64,000 nucleotides of DNA from Raillietiella orientalis (taxonomy: Eukaryota). Shown one piece after another: positions 1-11,000 of this stretch. Position 1 is the stretch's first letter. Each line of letters begins with the position of its first letter. The stretch is taken from positions 5,642,001 to 5,706,000 of the forward strand of contig JAYWIR010000004.1 in NCBI GenBank assembly GCA_036172245.1. Direction: 5' to 3'. A program made the position numbers and the translations under genes. The notes beneath the pieces are model-generated. The model was not told where the DNA came from and did not search any database. It saw only the letters and a program-made list of their open reading frames with translations.

Positions 1-160
1 TCCGCCCTTAGGTCCCGTGGCATCGGGCAGAAGAGCACGGGGTCCCTGGGAACGCGGTCGAGTCAATGGACCGTCCAAGCGAGGATTCCAAACGGCTCCC
101 CATGTGAAACGTGGTTTTGCGGTGCCTTCTGCTTCGCTCTTGAGCGAAGCAGAAGAGTCT

Positions 161-180
161 GCAGCAGCAGCAGCAGCAGC
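161..180. repeat. (GCA)n microsatellite
   Basis: GCAGCAGCAGCAGCAGCAGC read directly. Confidence 0.9.
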
Positions 181-193
181 GAGGGAGAGGCTG

Positions 194-3100
194 TTTTTTT
201 TTTTTTCCTTGGGAGTGGATCACTTTTATTGGTCTCGTGACGGCGGCAGTTCAGCCCGTGAGGCGGATGGGTCTCGGAGCTCCCCTTCTGCCAGAACTCC
301 TTCCGTGGGATGGTTCGTCGAGTGACGGTGCGGCGGCGGTGGTCGTACGAGCCTACCTGCGGACTCTATTGCTGCCCTCCTTGGCCTCCTCGATCTCTTC
401 GTCGAGTTCGGACTTGATGTGCGCCGCCGCCGCTGCTGCTGCCGCTTGAGATGCGGTGCATATCCAACTTACGGAGCCCTCCGGCGCAGGGGCCTGCACC
501 CTCCGGAGGCCGCTGTCCTGGTGACCGAGGGCTGGGGATCACGAGGGGAGGCTGTCGTCACGGGGATGCACGACTCAGCTTGCGTTCCTTCTGGAGCTCC
601 CAGATGACGTAGGCAACGAGAAATGCCGAAGAACACGGAGAGCAAGCTGGACAGCGAGATGGCCGTCGGGATCAGTAGGGGAGGGCTGACTTGGAGCTCT
701 TGCGCACCGAGTAGCCAAGAGACCAGCCGGAGTGCAGGAGAGGCTTCTGGGAGCCGGGCGACTGCGGCCGCTTCCTCTCGACATTCGGACCTGGCCGCGA
801 GGAGCGCGAACAGGTCCGAATCACGTCCGTTTGTTTCGCAATCAGTTTCTATTCACTGGAAGAGTTCTAGCCCAACAGGTTCAATGGGGAGCAGGAGCTC
901 ACAGAGTCCGGCGCGTCCTTGCACCGCACTTTTTTTTTCTTCCCCACCTTCGCGAGTAAGGGACCGTCTAGGAAGACGGGAAGATAATTCCACGGCCGCC
1001 GATGCAATCTGCGGATGCGATGCGTTCGAAGGGAGAACAACTCGATTATGGACATTTGAATGACGACTGTCCGTTCATTGCAAACGAGCTGCCGCACTCG
1101 TAAGTCACTTCGGCGCGGCAAACATTTCTTGGACGTCCACTCGTGGTTCTCCGAAGGGACAGACAGAATGGATTCCTGATAGCATTATGACGGCATTGTT
1201 TGGCGATCGCAAGCCCTGCAACGAGTCGGGATGCGGCTGCTGCTCGCGCTGACTGCAAGCAGGAGCGCGCAACTGCCATCTCGACGGCGCTGGTCAGTTG
1301 CAGCCACATCAATCGCTTCCCCCTCCCCTCTTGCCTTGCCAGTAGAGAGAGAGGCTCTCCCTTTGTTTTTTCTTGCCTTGTTTGGAAGACTTTCCTCGGA
1401 GGACGGGCCTCTCTGCCCGAGGACAGTACCAGTTGTTTTTACCGGACGCGAACGAACTCCGAGTCAGCGCCCTCCGCTTCCTAGGGATGCGACCCCTTCC
1501 CGCCAGCACTTCCTCCCCCCCCGACTTTCGTTTCGTTCGCAGTAGTGTTCCTTCCCTCCCCATCTCGGTACGCGGCGGGAGGAAAGACCCGCGAACGTCG
1601 TCGGATCAGCTTGCAATGATTCGCCTTTTTGCTCGCATCCCAGTTTGATAAAGAGGAATTTCCCGTAGACAACGCGCGCGGCTTTATTGAAAATCGAACC
1701 TGGATAAATCCGATGTTCGTGCAAGGAAAGCAGTGGCGGTCCTCGCAGATAGGTAGCAGGGGCACCGCTCTGGAGAGGGGGAGTTCTGTCACCGGGACCG
1801 GGATTCTCGGTCTGGGATCCATGAGAGGAGGAGGAACGTCCGACAGTCGCAAAGGCGTTCCGAGAGAGAGAGAAAAAAAGAGTTGACCTGTTGCCTGACG
1901 GTGCCGGCCCAACACGAGGAGGAGAGCTAGCCGAGGATCAGCAGAGACGGCGGCGGCGCTTCTCTCACGGTGCTCAGAGGCGTTTCCGGGGACGGTGGTG
2001 ACAGGCTGAGAGAAAAAACGAGCCCCATGCGAGGCCCATTTTTCCCCAGTTTGCTCGCTCGCCGAAGCCGCACTACTTTCGGCTGAACGCTGGTGTGTCG
2101 CCGCCGTTGTCCACCTCTCTTCGAGTGGTGGCGGCGCTCTGTCCGACGAACCAGCGGCGCATCTCCCCAGGACATCCGTCTCCACTGCCCCTTTTGCCAT
2201 TTTCGTGACTCCGTCCTGGGCAGCGGAGGATTCGAAGGAGGTTTCGCTCGCGTTTAATCGGGTGCCATCACCACCGCCTGCGCTGTCCGGGAGACTCGGG
2301 AGCTCTGAATTTTTTTTCCTTTTTTTTCCGGGAACGTTTGCCTGAACCCTGCTCCCGACGTGAAAGGGAGCAAATTCTCCGCAACTGATACTCCCTTAGA
2401 TAAATAAATACCTCAAAATAATAGATCGTTAAGTCTTTCCTTAAAAATTGGTCACTTATGATATCGTAATTCTGCTAATCGTTCTCAACATCCATCTTGA
2501 TTGCCTGGCGGCAATTTATTTCCCTCGCACAGAAGGAAAGATTTCATTTTCTGCCGAAAAAACTCATTTCTTTAATGGAAATCTGGAAGATCCAGGCCCT
2601 TTATAAGATGCTTGTCAAGCATTTCTTACTTAATGCTCGGATACAGGAATTCCGGGTGTAGCAAGCAAGCAGCTAGCAAGAAGGAAAAAATAGAAGGAAA
2701 GGAAAGAAAAAAAAAAAAAAAAGGAAAGAAAAGGAACGGAGAGAGAGAAGAGGACATGTCGAAAAAAGGGAAGAGGAAATACCTGCAAGGATTTTTTGAA
2801 ACCGAGGTAAACTGGTAAATGAATCCCGGAACACCTCCATGCACTCACTGAGACTCTCAGCATCCTCACTTCTGCTCCTGAAGGAAAACATCCAGAGCTG
2901 TGTGTGTGAGTGCGTGAATTTCCCCCCACTCCCATCCCATTCATCGAGGTGTTTTTCTGTGGCTCTTGCGTTGGTCCTCAGTGCCCAGCATTCTGGAGAC
3001 CGAACTCAGCGAGCGAGAGGCGTGACCCGGGCGGATCACGGCATGGCTTGAGGACAAAATCAGGACAGAATCCGTTTCGGGAGGGATGCCACGAAGCCTC

Positions 3101-6100
3101 GACGTTCTTCAGGACGTTTAGGGGATGAACGTGTCACTGTTGCCACCCCTCCGCCCCTACCCCTTTCTCGCCCTTTTGAAGCGCCGCCCCAAACCACTGC
3201 GACTTTTTTTTCCATCTCAACTGCCATCTCACGGTAAGAGAAACATCGGCATCTTCGGACGATGGTGGTGGGCGGTGGTGTGGTGCGCGTAACCCGAGCC
3301 AAGTCTCTTTCTCTCTGCCGCCGTCCATCGGGACGAGCGAGGACATGCCGAGGCGCGAGGGTGCACGAAAGGGAGTTCCTCCTCCTGGGGTGCCCCGTCG
3401 CATGAGGGCCTCCCTCACCTTGGGCCTGGTGCTGATCGAGCGCTCCCACGTAGCTGCAGTGCAGGGGCTTCCGCACCTAGAGACGAATGGCTGCACGCTG
3501 AAACACTGCGGTGCTGCCGGAACATTGGGCCACAGGACTGGCTTCCTGGGCAACAGCCACGGGACCCATCCGATGAAGGGTTGCAGCAAGTAGTTCCGTG
3601 AGCAACGACCGGATGAATGCATCTCTCCCGGACAGGGACGCGATGCGCTCATCCGTTCGCCGCTGGAAGAGGAGGAAGTGCAAGGCGACGAGGGAGACGT
3701 TCGAGAGTTTCGCTCCGAAGAAGACGCAGCCATAATCGATGGGAATAGTTCCGGAATAAAGTTGGATGGGGATGTTGATTCCCGTAGTCGCCCTTGGTGC
3801 AGTTCGGTCTTCGCTGAGCTGAACTGGGAGTGGGAACACCACCTTGGGAAGGGAGTAGGGGTATCCGAGTGCCTTAAAGGTTTCCAGAATCTCTTTAGCT
3901 TGGCTTTTGGAAACACGTGATCGAAGGATGTGGATGGGCCGACCGGAACCCTGATTTTTTAGGGAACCCAAAATCAGCACAGGCGGGGACGTTTAGGACG
4001 GCGAAATCTTCCCACTCTTGCAACAGCGGGAAAGGTTTCGCCGGAAGCGTGGACGCCTGAATTTTCTCCCGGGGGATCCTCTATTGCAGGGGGAAATTGC
4101 GCTCAGGTGGTTTCTCCGCCGACTGAGGGATCACTGAATAGCGAACTAGAAATGGAGTGGGGGAGATACTCCCCAAAAAAGAAAGAGAGAGAGAGAGAAA
4201 GAAAGAAAAAGAAACTCCCCATTTCGGGAGTGCAGTTTTTTCGGCTCCGAGTGCGTCGCCTCCTCCCTTTTCTTACCCCCACGGCATTCTTCCTTTCGAG
4301 GGGACAACGTGGCATGGGTCACGAAATCACTTGCTCGGGTCCGCCGTCCTCCTCTTCGTCCGCCGCGGAGCGTGCGCGCGCTCTTCCCTAGTGAAACGCG
4401 ATCCTTCAAGGACACGATGCGAGTAACGGAATTTTTTCCAATAATGTGCGGATGAAAATCATCCGGAGATCGTGCTCACGGAACCTTTATCACACGCGTG
4501 TCTGGAATCGAGGAACATATGATCAGGACGATGATCTGCCCCGATGGAGCGTTCCCTTTTCTTCCATAAAACTTCCTCGAACCGTTCTGCAAAGTACTTG
4601 GAAATGGGAATCGGAAAGTCGGAATTAAAAGGAGAGCGCGGGACACGAACAGGGAAGCGGGAGGAAAGTTTGATTTACGATCCCTGCTGCGTCGAGTGGC
4701 CTGCGTGGCCTCTGTGCTGCTGCGCGGCGGCCCTCGCGGGCGGGCGGAAAGCGAGGAAATCCGCGGGAACGCGGGCGCGAAAGGCGGAGACCTTCCGGAG
4801 TGGAAGGAGTGACGAAACTGCTGTGGAACAAGTGGTCAGGGGCGCTTTCCGAGGTCGGAGGCTAAGCGGAACCAAAGGGCGGCGCGCTTTCGCAGCCGGG
4901 GGGAAAACCGTGCAGGGCTCCAGGAGGCGCACGCTTTCCGTTCCTCCTGGCGAAGTTCCTCTCCCCACTCGGCTGATTTTCCAGAGACGAACCACTCGGG
5001 ACGACCTCCTGACGTCACGCCGGTCTTGCCTCTGGACGACTTCCGGACGCCAGGAGGCCTCGTTCCGGGGGTGCTGCCTCTGCACCTCAGGAAGACGGGG
5101 ACGAGGAAAACCCAGCGAGAGGGTCACAGCGACTCGGGAGATTCCACGATCTCTCGGGAGGCTCCGCCCCATCTCCGCTCGGTGGCCAAATCCGTCGTCG
5201 CTCGTCCCCTCCGCCTGAAGGCGAGAAAAAAAATTGTTTCGGTGGCAGAGGTTCCCCCTTGTTCTTCTTTCTTTTGTCTTCAAGATGGTAGTAGGATTCG
5301 GTCCTTGATGCTCGCCTTCCACGGCGACGGCACTTCTGAACCTCTCGTAGATCTTCGCGGACGCGTTCCTGGGGAAATTGCAGGCAGCGCAAATTGAGGC
5401 GCATAACGGCCCGAGCTCATGACATTCTCTCATTACCATGCCGACTGCAGGTGTAAGTTGCAGTAAACCGATTCTGTACGATTATAAGATTACGGTTGTG
5501 GTGATAAGGCCGGGCCACGGGAGAAGGCTGGCTGGCTAGGCGAAGCAGGAATGGATAGGAACGATTTACTCGAGGAAGATGCTCTCCATCCCGGAAGGTA
5601 ATATCCGGGACGGGATGGCAGTCCGGGAAAAACGATTGCAATCGAGCCAGAAGAGTTCAGGAGGAGAGCTCCTGAAGGCAGTGGAGATCACGGAGCGACG
5701 CACGTTGGAGAGCTGCTGCCCGATCTCGGGCAGGTCCGTTTTCGGTCCACGGACGGGGATGCCGCCGCATTTCCTCGTGAGTTTCGTCCAGATCTTGCCC
5801 GTCCATCTCTTCTCGGAGGAGCCCTTGCTTGAAATGGTCGAAAGGGTTCCCCCTCCCTCTCCCCCCCTTCCAAAAAAAAAATCTGGTCTCCCAAATCTGC
5901 TAAAGATAGGGGTTTCCCTAGGCAGTAGACATTGCCCGTTTCTCTCCCTCTCTCTGGCCTGAAAGGCACAGCCACGCACTCTCCTCGTCGCTTTCTTGGG
6001 CTGCAGTTCCCCACCGCATCGTGAGGTCTCTGTAATCCCCAGGAAAGATGCTGGCCAAGCGTGTGCCGAAGCTCCCCGTTTTCATACATCTGCAGAGACG

Positions 6101-7800
6101 CTGGAGCATCCCAGGCGCCTCGCCTTCCCTTGCTCCTGGCTCCAGGTTCGCTTGTCCGAGACGTCCAGGTTCCGCGAGACGTCCGTCCCGCGGACTGGGA
6201 CAGAAAGGCACCGGACCGGGAGGGAAGCGTGCACCGACTTTGGCTCTGCTCGTTTCCAGGGCACCGGTCGCTATTGAGGCGAGAGGCAGAAGAGTCTCCG
6301 AAGTCGGTCGGAGCGTCCTCTGGAAGTAACGAGGAGGAAGGGAGGTGAAGTGAAGGGCGATGAAAGAGGAATTGGCGACGTCGAAGAGAGCGCCGCCTCT
6401 GGGGGGAGAACAGAGCGCTCATGTAATTGGCGACAGCGGCATCCCGACCCACCCATCCCCCTCAAGGTCATCCTTTCCAGCCTTTTCGGGCTGGAAGAGG
6501 CAGTTGGGTGGGGGGCGCTTTCTTCGTCGCCGGAGAGTCCACTGGAGCTTGAAAGGGTCCTTCCTCAAGTGAGAGAGGCTGTCCTCCTTCCCCGCTCCCG
6601 GGTGCATCCCTCAGAAGCCTCGAGGAGAGGAAAACCCGAGGGACGGGCGGGCGGTTTCCCCGTGCAGTTCCGCTCCTCCTCTGCGCTCTTCTTTTGTCCC
6701 GCTAATCCTCGCCGTTTCTTCCTCCTTTCTTCCCTCCCCCCCTCCCCCCTTCCCGGATGCCTAAGCTCTGCCCGACTTTACCGATGACACGCACGCGGAG
6801 CGGCGTCCCGAGCTGAGAGGGGGTCAGGAGATCCTTCCCGAAAGCTCGCGCCCGGATTAACGGATGCTGCGAGACGCGGAGTCGGCTCGTCGAATTTCGG
6901 AGCGGAAGGGAAGACCCGCGAAGGACGGGAACAAACAATTAAACGAGGCGAGCGAAGGGAGGGATGGGAAGGGAGGGAGGGAAGTGTCCCCCGGCTGGAA
7001 GAGAGGGCCCTGGAAGGGGCGCACTCTCGCACCGTGTGCCCCTCTTCGTCACGGGCGACTCTACGTCGGGAGTGTCCTCCACTTGCTCTTTCCGAACGGG
7101 TTCGAGGAGCGGGAGGGGGGGGGGGGCAAGAGACGGAAGTCCTGACGACCGGTGACCCCCGAGAAGTGAATGCCGGAAGGCCGTTTCGTCCTGGCAGCTC
7201 GGGGATGGAACCTTCCTCCTTCTCCTCCTTCGCCTCCCCCTCCCACAGCACCAGGTGATCGAACCTTCGGGCCTGGGTCTAGGGGGCCTCCGTCCAGAGC
7301 GAGCAGCCAGGTCGTCCGCTCGTTTCGTTCGGGACGGTCGCGAGGGGAGCCGCTGGCGGGACTCGTCGGATTCCTCCGGGGACGCGACGGGAAGGATAGC
7401 GCGCTTGGCTGGGAGGATCCCGTTTTCACGGCTCGGCGCCATCCGGTGGCACCGACTCCCTCCCTTCCTCCCCGGACTTTGGTATGGGGTGGGATGCTGC
7501 TGCTGAGGCGGTCGCGGCCGACTGGTTGCTTCGTCGGGACCTCGCAGGCAGGGAGAGCGAGAGAGGCGAAACGCAGAGGGACAGAACAGGGCGAAAGGCC
7601 GGGAAGTCCCGCTGGCCGGTGCGTCTCGGCGGGAGTGGCATTCCCGGACCTTCTTTGCCAGGAAGCTGTCGGTCGCGTCCCTTCTTGGTCGGACGCACGA
7701 TTACGAAGTTCTCGCGCTGCCCCTTGCGCCGGCGTTCGCTCTGGCTAGCGGGGAGAGGAGAGAGGGAGGGGGAGTCCCGCGTTGCGCAGGGGTCTTCGCG
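194..7800 (-). mobile_element. Near full-length decayed L1/Tx1-like LINE (copy A)
   Basis: Ordered motif relics on the - strand: ORF1-like region (7000-7700); endonuclease VANYMS...RRRQFLF...DFGDSSASRLNSDR (6270-6440); EGE..SYYHLEDKR (about 5300); APPGALHGFP (about 4920); RT LETFKALGYP...TIPIDYGCVFFGAKLS (3700-3900); finger region RNPFC (about 1160); AYVIWELQKER (about 600); AATAAA (230-225) and A13 (206-194). Interrupted at about 2300-3100 and 4000-4650. Confidence 0.7.
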
Positions 7801-7911
7801 CTGCTGCCGCCGCCGGTGGCTTGCAGGCGGAACCGGAACTTTTCTTTCCAGAAGCAACACACGCGCGGGAAAAAAAAAAAAAAAAAAAATTGTTGTTGTT
7901 GTTTCTTGCAG

Positions 7912-8016
7912 AGTTTTCCACGACGGAGTAGGGAGACGATCCGGTGACCCCTTCTTGCTCCCCCCTCCCCCCTCCCGGCTTACTTTCTGCTGCCTGCGAG
8001 TGCTTAGGATGCGAAG
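7912..8016 (+). other. Probable spliced 5' UTR part of the first coding exon
   Basis: Strong acceptor TTGTTGTTTCTTGCAG ending at 7911; an alternative acceptor TAG ends at 8007. The upstream exon was not identified. Confidence 0.45.
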
Positions 8017-8093
8017 ATGTCCATAAAGCAGGAACGCCAGAAGCTCTCGGGCCCGCAGGAATGCGCCGGTTGCGGGAAGAAGATCAACGAAAG
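8017..8093 (+). CDS. Bx: LMO coding exon 1 (start and first Cys pair of LIM1)
   Basis: ATG at 8017 with A at -3 and an in-frame TAG at 8005-8007. Encodes [11 protein letters not shown], then donor AG|GTCAAG at 8094, in phase with exon 2. Confidence 0.88.
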
Positions 8094-11000
8094 GTCAAGC
8101 GCTCGTTCTGCTTTCTCCTCCCCCTCTCTCCCTCCCTCCTCCTCCCGACATATACCCTCGGTGTTTTTTCGGCCTCCCCGCTGTATCCCGCGCGCGCCTC
8201 TCTGGAAGCCGCGGATCCGGGACCGTTCGCTTCCCGTCCGTACCGCGCGCGCGCGCGCGCGCGTGTACACACAGGACTGTCGCAGGCGAGCGGCGCGTTC
8301 CTCCCCTCCCCCGCCCCGTCTCTCTCTCTTTCTCCCCCTCTCCCCCTCCTCCAGCCTCACTCCCCGAGGAGGGTGCATATTAGAAAAGTGTGCAGAAGTT
8401 CTGGGATTATTGTTGGCTGGTAATCCGAGACCATGCATCCATAAATCATGCAAGATGAAGTAATTTCCTGCTTAGTTTCCGTGCGATTGCAAGCGATTCT
8501 TTAATTAAAGTTTTATGCGTTTTCCCGGCAATCGATAATTTCTCAAAGTCCGACCTCTGATTTCGATTTCTCCGGCTGTCATTAACTGGCCGAGGACGGT
8601 GCTCCGCGCGGGAAGGGAAAAAAAAAAAAAAAAAAAAAATTCCTCGCAGGGAATAATTTTATTATCCGCATTTCTTCGAAAATGAATCTTTTCGCCCCTG
8701 CTTCCGGAGCGTTCCCGAGTGCGTTTTCTTCCTCCTTTTTTTTTTCCCTCTCCTTCTCTCTCTCTCTCTCTCTCCACCCTCCCCTCCCCTCCTCTCTCTC
8801 TTCCTTGCTTCCTTCCTTTATTTCGCCCTGCCGGCTAACAGCAGCAGCAGCAGCAGCAGCAGCATCCGGGCGCGCACGGGCTCTCCGAATTCGCTCGCGA
8901 GCTCGACGGGATGCCCGGGCTGTCGAGGCTACGCCGCTGAGAGGAGATGCTCGGCGGGGGAAGGTGAAGCCTGCATCCCGCGTCGAAACGCGCGCGGAGG
9001 CGGGCGGGCGGGCGGGGGGGGGGAGGCACTGGGCGCCCGCAGGACCTTTCGTTACGAGCCACCGCTCCTCTCTCCCGCCCCCTCCACCAATTCTGGACGT
9101 TCCAGGTACCTGCTGAAAGCCTTGGACCTTTTCTGGCACGAAGACTGCCTGAAATGCGGATGCTGCGACTGCAGGCTGGGAGAAGTCGGTTCCACGTTGT
9201 TTACCAAAGCGAACCTCATCCTTTGCAAGAGAGATTATTTAAGGTAAATGTAATGCACCTCGCGAAAAGCGCAGAGTGGCGAGCTTTGACGAGTCCGCGG
9301 CCGTCTGAGCTGCAAGAGCAGCTGCGCCCAGCAAGTCACGGTTTCCAGGCGGCAGCAGCCTGCGTGGGTGCGCGTGCGCCTGCGTGCGCGCTCTCCCCAC
9401 GAAGGCGTCTTCCTGAAAGACCAGGTCACCACCAGGCGAGCGAGAGCTCGCTTTTGATTGGCGCGGGAAGTGCGCCGGATGGGGCAACATTCGAGCGTAT
9501 CTTCCCTCCTCCCCCCCTTCCCCAATAAACACGCATCCGCAGCCGCCGTAAACAATCCTTCCCTGACCTTCCCCAGATCGTTTCCCCTCCAGATTCGCGG
9601 CGAAACGCGGTGATTCGGGAAAGAACGAGAGTTTCCCGGATTTTCGTACGAATCCTTCGGGGCGCGCGGTAACATCCTCCTCTTCCTCCTCCCAAATGGT
9701 GATGGTGGATGGTGCCATCCTGCTGGAAACGGGAATACCAGAAGGAGAAGAAGAAGAAAATCAACAAATTTGAGTTGAGCTTCCAACAGGGAAAAGCAAA
9801 CAGAAGGCTCTCGAAATTGGAGGAGGTCAAAGGGAGGAGTGTTTACGTGAATCTGCTATCTTGCCATTGGATTCAGTGGCAGCAGGAGCGCGCCATTTTG
9901 AAAATGGAAAATACAAATAGGGCGCATGAAGAGATTCCCGCACTTTTATGCACTCCACCTACCCAAAAGGAAGGGGAGAAGGAAGAAATGAACCTCCGAA
10001 AGTTGTTTGAAACTTCATCGGGGGGCACGGCGCTTTCCTCGACCTCTGCAAAGCGTCGCGGCGGCCGAGAGAGGCGGTTGGGGGGGGGGGGAGGGGGGCG
10101 GAAATGAAAAACAACGAATGAAAGTCCCTCGCCGTCTCGTCTACGGAAGCGCTGACCTCAGCTCCGGACGGTGGACGCGCGCACGCACCCCCCCCATGCT
10201 CGCCGGCGACGACGATCCCGCGTTCCCGGTGTGCGTCCCTGTCGTTCCGCGCGCGCAGCCGTCGGCAGCGCCGTCGAGCGGCGGGCACGCGCCGGGTCGT
10301 CCGTTTGTTTACTTCCGACCAATGAGCAGGCACACCTTGCCGAGGCTGTCGGTGCCTGAGCCACAAATCACGGGACCGCGATTAAACATCGGGGACACCG
10401 CGCTGCAATCTCATTCCGCAAATTAGTGAGGCTGCATCATGGGAGATTAACTTGCGCTCACACGTACGATACACCTGGAGCTGCATCGAACGATGATGCG
10501 AGGGATGGGAAGGAGACGCGGTGTCGCGTCTGACTCTCTAGCAGAGAAAGATCTCTAACAGTTAGGATGCGTGTCTGCAGGCAATCTGCTTCCAGAGCAC
10601 GTGCGCACGGGAGGCGCCCCGGCAAGTGACGAGCACCACTGTGGCTGCCACCACGGGCATGTCGCTGAGCCGGCTGCTGCGCACCGATCCAGCCTTCTGC
10701 TATCTCCAGGCCGGCTGGGAGGCGGGGAAAGGGACAGAGGTGCTGTTACGTGAGGGAGCCTTCCTTGGGCCGCCATCGTTTCGCTGCAGGCGCGCGTAGC
10801 TGACCGCGGAGCACAGTGGCACAGTGGCCGCACAGCGATGGCTTCCCGGTGAATTTTCGTTGGTCCGGAGCTGGTCAGGGGGAGCGCCCTGCCTTGCTCG
10901 CTCGACTGCCGCGGGAGGAAGACGGGTGCTCGTCCCTTCCCCTGCCGGAGGGGAAGGAGGTCGGAGGAAGAAGGTTGCACCGGGCTACAGGGAGCCGCTG

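Noticed and set aside
350..450. Minus-strand exon-like segment HIKSELDEEIEEAKEG with a CAG|GTAGG donor
   Set aside because: It lies between the YVIW motif and the poly(A) of copy A and resembles the LKEEL C-terminus of other copies; no partner exons were found.
7747..7758. Candidate target-site duplication of copy A (AGCGGGGAGAGG versus AGCGAGGGAGAGG at 178-190)
   Set aside because: Purine-rich low-complexity match with an indel; such words are frequent here and the element is very old.
9203..9209. miR-9 seed match, since Drosophila Beadex is a miR-9a target
   Set aside because: The ACCAAAG I found in the gene is in coding sequence (conserved TKA codons). The candidate 3' UTR shows only near-matches such as ACCAAAAGA at about 17433.
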